Under the pieces are notes generated by a model, which saw only the letters and a list, made by a program, of their open reading frames with translations, searched no databases and had not been told where the DNA came from. The translations under genes and the position numbers were made by a program. Positions 19,017 through 26,726 of a stretch of 64,000 bases of DNA are shown here, one piece after another. The stretch's first letter is position 1; every line of letters begins with the position of its first letter. The DNA comes from Patescibacteria group bacterium (lineage in GTDB: Bacteria > Patescibacteriota > Minisyncoccia > Phycocordibacterales > Phycocordibacteraceae), in assembly GCA_038064695.1 (NCBI GenBank), contig JBBTSO010000004.1, positions 114,165 to 178,164 on the forward strand. Direction: 5' to 3'.

Positions 19017-19168
19017 TATTATAAAAAAAGCTGGTACTTGTAACCAAAAGGACAGCCGGAACAAAATGTACGCGAGGGAGCATACTCCCATAGAAAGAAG
19101 TCGCAAACGCCCGTGAGGCGTTTTTTTATGTTCCAGGTATATACTTTTGGTATATCGGCTTAGAACAT

Positions 19169-20950
19169 ATGCATAGAGTAAAAAGTAAAAATCAGTCAAT
19201 TCCTCATAAACCTCTCCGTTACGGGTTGTTCGTGACGCGCCCCTTTGCGCTGTGGGCGGTTCTTTCTATTGTGTTTGTTGTTCTCGCGCAAGGGTTGGAA
19301 ACGAGTACGTACTACGTATTTAAAAAACTCATAGACACGGCAGAACTTTTTTCATCAGGTCAGGATGCCACCAACATGCTCATGGTGTGGATTATTATTT
19401 ACCCTATTGCGGCGGTGGGGCACTCGCTCATGTACCGCGCGAGCGGGCTTACCGCGATGCGCTGGGTTACGGGAGTGCAAAAGTACGGACGAGACGCACT
19501 TTTTGCGTACCTCGTTAAACATAGCCACACCTACTTTTCAAACAAGTTTGCGGGAGCGTTAGGGAACAAAATATGGAACGCTGCCGATGGAGTAGGAGAC
19601 TTAATTGAAAACTTTTTGTGGTCAGGGGTGAACGTGGTCGTCGCGTTCTTGGGTTCGCTGCTTCTCGTCTTTTTAGCAAGCCCAACACTGGCACTCGTCT
19701 ATTCGTTTTGGATGGTGATTTTGATTGTGGTGAGTTACTTCCTATCACGTCGTAACTCGGGTTTGTCTGAGCAGCACTCAAAAGAACGCACGCACGTCAG
19801 CGGTTTAACGGTTGATGTACTTTCAAATATCACCGCGCTTCGTCAGTACGTCATGTGCACTGCTGAAATAGTTCGCGCAGAAGGAGCAACAAAGGCACTG
19901 CGCGACGCGGCGCTTCGCGCGTGGTTTGGACGCGAAGTGCTCCTTATCATTAGTAACGTGGTGATGGGTATGTTCGTGGTTTCCATGCTCTACGGATCTT
20001 TTTCGCTGTGGCGAGGAGGGAGTATGACCACGGGGAGTTTCATTATGATTTTAACGCTGATGAGCGGTTTGGCTGGGTGGTTTTCTCAGATCGGGAATTC
20101 AATGAACGCGTTTGCGCGCGGGTACGGGCTCATTAAGGAAGGTCTTGAGGAGATTCTTTTGCCTCACGACATTACCGACTTCCCCAAAGCGCCCGCGCTC
20201 GCGGTTTCCGACGGCGCTATTGTCTTCAATAAGGTGACCTTTTTGTACGGAACACAGCCAGTATTTTCTGACTTCTCCATATCGCTTGAGGGAGGAAAAC
20301 GCGTAGGGCTAGTGGGGCCTTCAGGGAGCGGAAAAACCACGTTCGTCTCGCTACTTTTGAGACAGCAAGATGTACACGAAGGGGAAATTTGCATTGATGG
20401 GCAGAACCTACGCAAGGTTACTCAGGACTCACTGAACGCGGCTATTTCGGTGGTGCCGCAGGAGTCAGTTCTCTTCCATCGCACGCTCAGAGAAAATATT
20501 GCCTACGGTAAACCAGACGCGACTGACGAAGAAATATTTGAAGCAGCACGCAAAGCTCAGGCGCATGAATTTATTATGATGCTTCCGGAGGGGTATGGAA
20601 CGCTGGTAGGAGAGCGCGGGGTGAAATTGTCAGGCGGGCAGCGTCAGCGTGTTGCCATTGCGCGCGCCATTTTGAAAGCAGCTCCCATTCTCATTTTGGA
20701 CGAAGCAACGAGTTCGCTTGACAGCGAGAGCGAAGTTGAAATTCAGAAAGCACTTCACGAACTGATGCAGGGTAAAACGGTGATTGCCATTGCGCACCGC
20801 CTCTCTACTATTCGTGAAATGGATCGTATTCTCGTTCTTGATGGAGGCACGATTGTGCAAGACGGTTCACACGACGAGCTGGTAAAAGATGAACACGGTG
20901 TGTACGCGCGTTTGTGGAATCACCAAGCGGGAGGATTCTTGCCCGACTAA
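19169..20950 (+). CDS. ABC exporter, fused permease/ATPase
   Basis: TM domain plus GPSGSGKT, LSGGQRQR, ILDEATS, IAHRLST. Confidence 0.93.
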   Translation: MHRVKSKNQSIPHKPLRYGLFVTRPFALWAVLSIVFVVLAQGLETSTYYVFKKLIDTAELFSSGQDATNMLMVWIIIYPIAAVGHSLMYRASGLTAMRWVTGVQKYGRDALFAYLVKHSHTYFSNKFAGALGNKIWNAADGVGDLIENFLWSGVNVVVAFLGSLLLVFLASPTLALVYSFWMVILIVVSYFLSRRNSGLSEQHSKERTHVSGLTVDVLSNITALRQYVMCTAEIVRAEGATKALRDAALRAWFGREVLLIISNVVMGMFVVSMLYGSFSLWRGGSMTTGSFIMILTLMSGLAGWFSQIGNSMNAFARGYGLIKEGLEEILLPHDITDFPKAPALAVSDGAIVFNKVTFLYGTQPVFSDFSISLEGGKRVGLVGPSGSGKTTFVSLLLRQQDVHEGEICIDGQNLRKVTQDSLNAAISVVPQESVLFHRTLRENIAYGKPDATDEEIFEAARKAQAHEFIMMLPEGYGTLVGERGVKLSGGQRQRVAIARAILKAAPILILDEATSSLDSESEVEIQKALHELMQGKTVIAIAHRLSTIREMDRILVLDGGTIVQDGSHDELVKDEHGVYARLWNHQAGGFLPD

Positions 20951-21471
20951 AACGTTAACGAAAGTTGGGGAAAGGTGTCAGGTTGATGAAAGTTTGGATG
21001 ATCCCCAGGAGTTTGTGCGTATGCTAAAAAGTTTTCACCCACAATAACGAACGCATTCGCGCGAGAAAGTTTTTTAGGAATCATAGAAGGGGGAATAAGA
21101 ATGGACGAACTCCACGAGTGTTCTGTGTGACGTGGGTTGTAGGTGAGTGTGGGTTGAAAGTTCTCATACTCATTTTTTCGTACGCGAGGCGCGCTAAAAT
21201 CAAGCACTAAAAAATGCCCCCCTGCGCCAAGCTCCACTTCAAGGTAGGTATCTTCTCCCACCAAGAAGCACTCCACCACGTCGTGTTCCCAAAGGTTATG
21301 AACGCGTGAACCAGCGGGAGATGCAGGTACGTTAGGTGTTTTTTGATGGGGGAGTGTTGCCGAAATTAGTATTCCACCGTCAGTGGTATTGAGCGTCACT
21401 GAGCCGTGAAGCGACAGTTCTTTGCAGGGTGTGCCGTTCCAAAAGTGGGTGATGGGAAGTGTAAGACTCAT
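20947..21471 (-). CDS. UPF0462/C4orf33-like (DOMON/CBM9-like) protein
   Basis: LWEHDVVECFL, YLEVELGAGGHFLVL, PNFH resemble recalled C4orf33 motifs. Confidence 0.6.
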   Translation of the reverse strand: MSLTLPITHFWNGTPCKELSLHGSVTLNTTDGGILISATLPHQKTPNVPASPAGSRVHNLWEHDVVECFLVGEDTYLEVELGAGGHFLVLDFSAPRVRKNEYENFQPTLTYNPRHTEHSWSSSILIPPSMIPKKLSRANAFVIVGENFLAYAQTPGDHPNFHQPDTFPQLSLTF

Positions 21472-22253
21472 TACTGTTTTTGCGCACGGAGCATTAAAAA
21501 GAGTGGAAATTCTTTTCGGGCGGCGTCTTCAGCTTCAGCGCGTGGGCCTTTTTGACTGGTGCGGTGCGAGTGCCACTCTTCTAGCCCCGTGACCACGAGC
21601 CCTGCTTTGGTCACTGCCTTTACGTAGTCTTGGAGTGAACGATGAAATGAAAGCGTATAGATTTTCTTTTTTGAATCAGCGGTTCCAGGAGTCATATCAA
21701 TTTTGGTAGAAAAGGGAAGTGCGTAGCGGTCAACACGGCGGTACTGTGTTTTTGTTGCTTCATCAAACTCCCACGAAGACGAAGTCGGGATACGGAAGGC
21801 GGGATGGTTGAGCACGATAAACAATTCTCCCCCTTGCTTTAAGACACGAGCGGATTCAGCCACGGCTTCGCGGTATTCTTCAATGTTTTGGAGTGATAAA
21901 ACGAACAGAGCGGTGTCAAAGGCGTTGTCGCGAGCAGGAAGTTGGTTTGCAGGCGCGGTATAGAAAGCAACATTTAGTTTGGAATGCTCCTTGGCGTGCG
22001 TGGTGGCAAGCGCAGTTAGTTCTTTTGCAATGTCAAAGCCGGTAACCGTGGCGCCACTTTCGGCAAAAGCGAATGAAAAAAATCCTTGTCCGCACCCGAT
22101 GTCAGCGATGCGCTTTCCTGACTTTGGTGCCACGAGCCGTAGCAGGTGGGGAAGGATGACTTCTTTTTGGTATGTGTCATTTCCTCTGATAAGCGTGTTA
22201 TACCACACCGCTACAGTGCCCCACCCGGTATCTTTTTTGTTATTTTTTTTCAT
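21471..22253 (-). CDS. Class I SAM-dependent methyltransferase
   Basis: ADIGCGQG, FD, RVLKQGG, NHPAFRIP. Confidence 0.88.
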   Translation of the reverse strand: MKKNNKKDTGWGTVAVWYNTLIRGNDTYQKEVILPHLLRLVAPKSGKRIADIGCGQGFFSFAFAESGATVTGFDIAKELTALATTHAKEHSKLNVAFYTAPANQLPARDNAFDTALFVLSLQNIEEYREAVAESARVLKQGGELFIVLNHPAFRIPTSSSWEFDEATKTQYRRVDRYALPFSTKIDMTPGTADSKKKIYTLSFHRSLQDYVKAVTKAGLVVTGLEEWHSHRTSQKGPRAEAEDAARKEFPLFLMLRAQKQ

Positions 22254-22269
22254 ATATAAAAATTGGGTG

Positions 22270-22354
22270 CGGAAACGGCGAGATTCGAACTCGCGGAGGT
22301 GTTACCCTCACTCGCTTTCCAAGCGAGCGCACTAGACCACTATGCGACGTTTCC
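22270..22354 (-). tRNA. tRNA-Ser(GGA)
   Basis: CTCGC-TT GGA AA-GCGAG, long variable arm, GTTCGAATC. Confidence 0.95.
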
Positions 22355-22401
22355 TTACGTGGCTTTCCCTATCCTACTGAAGAAGTGCAGTCTACACAAG
22401 G

Positions 22402-23727
22402 TTATGTGGGAAGATGGGTGCGGGTTAGATTTTGAGACCCTCCTTTTGTGACAACCAGGTTATCTTCAATGCGAATTCCTCCATACGGTGTGAGTTCATC
22501 CACCAGACTCCAGTTAATGAGTGGTGAGTGGTCTGAAACACGCAATTTTTCAAGAAGGAGTGGATTGAAGTAGAGACCCGGTTCTATGGTGGTCACCATA
22601 CCCTCAACAAGTGCTCGGTTTGTACGGACTTTCGGATAGTGTTTTTTTAATTCATGTACTTCGCCGTCCGGCGTCGCATTTCCCACGTCGTGAACCTGGA
22701 GCCCCAGCATATGCCCCACGCCGTGAGGAAAAAAGGTGTGGGTGATTTCTTTTTCCACCAACTCTTCTGGAGTAGTTTTTGAGATCCCGTGTCGGGAAAG
22801 TATTTCGGCTATGCCCCGGTGCGCTTCGTGATGTATTTCAATAAATTGTTTTCCAGGGGCTACGAGCGCACAGAGTTTTTGTTGCAATGTTTCAACATCG
22901 TCAAGCAATTTTTTAAACAGTGGGTGCACGTGTGAGTTAGCGGTAGTGCGGGTAATGTCTGATGCATAGCCATTGACGGCATATCCTGCGTCCAGTAGGA
23001 GTACCAAGGCATTTTTTACCCCCTCTCGTTTTCTACGATAGTGGAGTGTAGATGCTTTTTCGTTTAAGGCAATAATTGTTTCGTAGGGAAGTTCATTCTC
23101 AAGCGCGCCGACTGTTTTTAGGTAGTGATAATATAGGTCGCGCTCAGAAGCGCCACCTAGGAACGCTTCGCACGCGGCCTTGTGGCCACGCGCGGCAATT
23201 TCATTTGCTTTTTCTATACAGGCAACTTCATACGGAGTTTTTATGGCACGACTGAAATCAAGTATTGTTGTTGCCCGTCTTGCATCAACGAGTGTTACAC
23301 CCCACGAAGCGACAAGTGCACTACTCGCGGCGTCGCTGATAAGCACACAGGACTTCTTCATTGTTTCTCCTACCACCGCGCGTTTCAGTTCTTCTTCATT
23401 GGTAACGATATGTGATTCAAGATGTTTTCTCCAAAATGGCGCTGAGTCGTCAGTCTGTTCTTCCCAAAAGTCGTCCGGTCGATACTCTATCAGGAGCGCG
23501 GAAGGGCGCGCAGTGCTCACCATAATGTAGTGGTTTGGCCCCGATACTGGTGTAAACCGCTTAAAATGCGCGTGTGCACGGAATGGAATTTCTTGGTCAT
23601 CCGCGTGATAAAAAACAGGTGAACCTGCATGAATCACCGCCACCTCTGCAGACTCTTTTTCTAAAATTTCCTTCGCCTCTTTTATGAGGTGTTCAAGATG
23701 ATTTTTATACAATTGCTCCATCGTCAT
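22402..23727 (-). CDS. pepQ: Xaa-Pro dipeptidase (prolidase)
   Basis: LLDAG, YASDITRT, PHGVGHMLGLQVHDVG, TIEPGLYF, GGIRIEDN. Confidence 0.9.
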   Translation of the reverse strand: MTMEQLYKNHLEHLIKEAKEILEKESAEVAVIHAGSPVFYHADDQEIPFRAHAHFKRFTPVSGPNHYIMVSTARPSALLIEYRPDDFWEEQTDDSAPFWRKHLESHIVTNEEELKRAVVGETMKKSCVLISDAASSALVASWGVTLVDARRATTILDFSRAIKTPYEVACIEKANEIAARGHKAACEAFLGGASERDLYYHYLKTVGALENELPYETIIALNEKASTLHYRRKREGVKNALVLLLDAGYAVNGYASDITRTTANSHVHPLFKKLLDDVETLQQKLCALVAPGKQFIEIHHEAHRGIAEILSRHGISKTTPEELVEKEITHTFFPHGVGHMLGLQVHDVGNATPDGEVHELKKHYPKVRTNRALVEGMVTTIEPGLYFNPLLLEKLRVSDHSPLINWSLVDELTPYGGIRIEDNLVVTKGGSQNLTRTHLPT

Positions 23728-23769
23728 AGAGTACCATTCATTGGCTCGTCAGTACCTAACAGTGTTCTG

Positions 23770-23856
23770 CGGAAGAGGAGGGATTTGAACCCTCGATACC
23801 TTTTACAGTATGCCGGTTTTCGAAACCGGTGCAATAAACCACTATGCGACTCTTCC
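23770..23856 (-). tRNA. tRNA-Ser(CGA)
   Basis: CCGGT-TT CGA AA-ACCGG, long variable arm. Confidence 0.95.
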
Positions 23857-23906
23857 GTATCGCCAAATCCTAGCATTTTAGGCAAAAAATGCTATATTTT
23901 AGCCAC

Positions 23907-23978
23907 GGCCTCATCGTCTAACGGCTAGGACACATCCCTTTCACGGATGAAATCGGGGTTCGATTCCCCGTGGGGTCA
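23907..23978 (+). tRNA. tRNA-Glu(TTC)
   Basis: CATCC-CT TTC AC-GGATG, GTTCGATTCCC. Confidence 0.95.
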
Positions 23979-24114
23979 CCTAATGATACTTTTGCCCACG
24001 CTCAAACGATTCTACTCATTTACTTCACAATGGAACTTGGGTTTGAAATGCCAGAAATTGGGGCTGGCGATTTTGAGCTATCTAAGGGGGATCTTCAAAC
24101 CCCCTAACGATGTT

Positions 24115-24777
24115 TTGAACCTAGCAGACAACGAAGAGTATAAAAAACGCTTCGCTACTTTATACAGTCATTTACTGGGAACTTCCGCCACTTTTTACTC
24201 ATGGAAAGGTTTACAGAAGAAAGACTACGAGCCCCTGTATGGCAGAGCAAAGTATTTTTGGGGTTCAGTCCTAATTGCGCTTCAGAATGAGTGGGTGATA
24301 AGTATTGCAAAGTGCTTTGAAAAATCGAGCTACAGTAGACGCAATGAGGTTATTTCCGTACATGCGTTACTCAGACATTACCTTCGTAGGCACATAGATT
24401 CCAGCAAAGCAGATAAAGTCAAAGCCCTTCTCAAGAAGCACAAGAAGGTGATTTCAAATATCTACCAGCTACGCCATAAGCTTGCCCATATAGACGCTAA
24501 ATATTTTGATAACCCGTCAGAGTTTTTAAAGAAATACCCAGTTGATTACGGAGAAGTTGAGGATTTATTGGCGGATTTTGCAGATTTACTTTCCTCTCTC
24601 AATCCAGAGTCAGGTGTTGGATACTCGTTGGATAATTACGTAAAAACTCCAGAATGGGAGGCTGGAGACGTTATGGACGAGATCAATTTTTATGTCCAAG
24701 AAGAGAAGAAGCATTTAGATAGGTTCTCTGCTGGCGAGACTGACGACCCGTTTCTTCTCCCAAGAAAAACGCCTTAA
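24115..24777 (+). CDS. HEPN (AbiU2-like) domain protein; start uncertain
   Basis: Helical-looking, ISIAKCFE...ISVHALL...LRHKLAH (Rx4H); the ORF-track start at 23947 lies inside tRNA-Glu, so a later TTG was chosen. Confidence 0.65.
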   Translation: MNLADNEEYKKRFATLYSHLLGTSATFYSWKGLQKKDYEPLYGRAKYFWGSVLIALQNEWVISIAKCFEKSSYSRRNEVISVHALLRHYLRRHIDSSKADKVKALLKKHKKVISNIYQLRHKLAHIDAKYFDNPSEFLKKYPVDYGEVEDLLADFADLLSSLNPESGVGYSLDNYVKTPEWEAGDVMDEINFYVQEEKKHLDRFSAGETDDPFLLPRKTP

Positions 24778-24848
24778 ATTCACAGCAATATGCGATATTT
24801 CTTTCAGCAACTCAATAATAGGTTTTGAATTTGCTATCGTTAGGGTCA

Positions 24849-24891
24849 TGCCACCAAAAAACACCCATTGCTTGGGTGTTTTTTGGTGGCA
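24849..24891. terminator. Long bidirectional hairpin/terminator
   Basis: tgccaccaaaaaacaccca-ttgct-tgggtgttttttggtggca. Confidence 0.75.
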
Positions 24892-25125
24892 CATGAATCG
24901 ATGAAGATAATCGAAAGTCGGACTGAGCGAAGCGAGGGAGATGGGGTCGAGGACACTTAGTATTTTGCGAATGCCTGAAGCAAAATACTTAGTGAACCGT
25001 GACCGATTCTCTCACGGGTTTCCACGGGGAATCGAAAGATGGAGCGCAGTGAGCATCAGTAGATGCGAAGTGCGAGTCAGGGTCGTAGAAATTTCTGAGT
25101 GGCGACGAAGAAGTTATCTATGACC
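24892..25125 (+). repeat. Displaced tRNA-Glu trailer: two GGGTCG...(G/A)TGACC modules plus an inverted tRNA-Glu T-arm copy
   Basis: Modules 24943-25004 and 25080-25125; 25022-25036 is the reverse complement of tRNA-Glu 23959-23973. Confidence 0.65.
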
Positions 25126-25726
25126 GATGCGTGCCTGTGTACTCACCGGACATTTCCCCGTGGGGACACAAAAAGAAACTTCTTCGGAAGAAAGTGCGGA
25201 ATGCCTCCAGTCGAAGAAATGGTACGAGGTAGTTTTTTGCCACCCGTACTAACTCTATTACCCCCACTAATCCAACCGTGTACAAAAGGTCACCGAGGAG
25301 CATATTTTTTAGAAACGGAATACCCATTTCATATGCATGCAAGAGCCCGCTTATACTTTTTTCATACCATGGTGAAAATGCCCACACGGCGCCGTTAGTA
25401 ATGAAGAAAAAGAGAAAAGGGGAGAGAATGACTGGGAGTGTCAGAGACCATACCCCCGGTTTTCGCGAAAGCCAACTTAGTACGCCAATTGCAGCAAACG
25501 AACCGTAGACACTCGCCATAATGCGCCAATCGTAGAAACCAATAAATAAATCAGACATGGCGAGCGTTGCAGTTGGCACGACCAGTCCGATTCGTTTTCC
25601 AAAGTAAAGTGATCCGACGATTGCGAGTGCGGTTACAGGAGTCATATTAGGTGTGTGAGGGAGGAGGCGCATCAACGTACCGTACGCTATGAGGAGAAGA
25701 ACAGTAATAAGAGTGGTTCGTGTCAT
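25118..25726 (-). CDS. DUF6580-like putative ECF S-component (B12 uptake by context)
   Basis: RLLPHTPNMTPVTALA, SDLFIGFY, FFFITNGAVW, GIPF; multi-TM. Confidence 0.75.
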   Translation of the reverse strand: MTRTTLITVLLLIAYGTLMRLLPHTPNMTPVTALAIVGSLYFGKRIGLVVPTATLAMSDLFIGFYDWRIMASVYGSFAAIGVLSWLSRKPGVWSLTLPVILSPFLFFFITNGAVWAFSPWYEKSISGLLHAYEMGIPFLKNMLLGDLLYTVGLVGVIELVRVAKNYLVPFLRLEAFRTFFRRSFFLCPHGEMSGEYTGTHRS

Positions 25727-25729
25727 AGG

Positions 25730-26167
25730 TTAAAATGACGATATCTCAAAAAACCACTCAACATCATCACCGTTGGAAAGTAGGTATTGGTCGGCGCCAA
25801 CTTGCGGCAATACTCCGTTCACGCGGTACTGCCAGTATTTATCACCCGCTCCATTTTCTTTCCCTGCGAGCCCTGTGATGAGTGTCCCTAAACCTTCATA
25901 TTCTGTAGTGCGCATCATGAGGGCTGGGTCGTTACGGTACTGTTCGGCCAACAGTGTGAGCACTGATGAGTCTTGAGAGATAGTTATATGTTCAGCATCG
26001 TAGAGACCTTCTATACGAAGCGTTACTTCAATCTGGTTTTCGACCTCGTTTGAATATGGTGTACCAGAAACATTGTTTTGAGTGGCAGTGAGTAGTGATA
26101 CGCTGAGCAAAACCGCAAGTCCTACGGCGAGTGTTGCAAGTGTTTTTAATAGTGTTCTATGTTTCAT
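25730..26167 (-). CDS. DUF4430 / transcobalamin-like C-terminal domain protein
   Basis: N-terminal anchor; YWQYRVNG...GADQYLLSNGDDVEW. Confidence 0.8.
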   Translation of the reverse strand: MKHRTLLKTLATLAVGLAVLLSVSLLTATQNNVSGTPYSNEVENQIEVTLRIEGLYDAEHITISQDSSVLTLLAEQYRNDPALMMRTTEYEGLGTLITGLAGKENGAGDKYWQYRVNGVLPQVGADQYLLSNGDDVEWFFEISSF

Positions 26168-26177
26168 AGAAGAATGA

Positions 26178-26726
26178 TTAGAGATACTGTGGCGCGCGCT
26201 CATCAACTGACGCCAGTTTTGCTGCGGCGCGCGCCAAGATAAAGAACATGCTCGAAAGACGGTTTATAAAAGTCTGAAGGTGTGGGGAAACAGTGTGCTG
26301 TTCGGCGCACACGGCGACTGCGCGCTCGGCACGTCGCGCAACCGTGCGTGCATAGTCGAGCATACCGCTTGCTATCGTGGCTCCGGGAATAATGAAGGAG
26401 TTTGGTTTCTGCACAGCACTCGCGTACGTTTCGATGGTGTTGTTCAACCACACTACGTGGTGTTCCTCGAGGTGCGGTGACGCGCCTGCCAGTTCAGCTT
26501 GTGCGGTAAAGAGATACTCCTGAATCGTTTCGATGGTTTTTCTGAGCGGCGCGGTATATTTTTGCTCAACTACCACTGCGCGGCATACCCCGAGGAGCGA
26601 GTTTAATTCGTCGATGCTTCCGAGCGCCTCAAAACGTACGTCGTTTTTGGGAATGCGATCTTTTGATCCAAACAACGTCGAAGTGCCAGAGTCTCCCTTA
26701 CCTGAGTACCATGGGTGTGTGTTCAT
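26178..26726 (-). CDS. pduO: ATP:cob(I)alamin adenosyltransferase, PduO type
   Basis: YSGKGDSGTS, GSIDELNSLLG, ARTVARRAER, NRLSSMFFILAR. Confidence 0.92.
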   Translation of the reverse strand: MNTHPWYSGKGDSGTSTLFGSKDRIPKNDVRFEALGSIDELNSLLGVCRAVVVEQKYTAPLRKTIETIQEYLFTAQAELAGASPHLEEHHVVWLNNTIETYASAVQKPNSFIIPGATIASGMLDYARTVARRAERAVAVCAEQHTVSPHLQTFINRLSSMFFILARAAAKLASVDERAPQYL

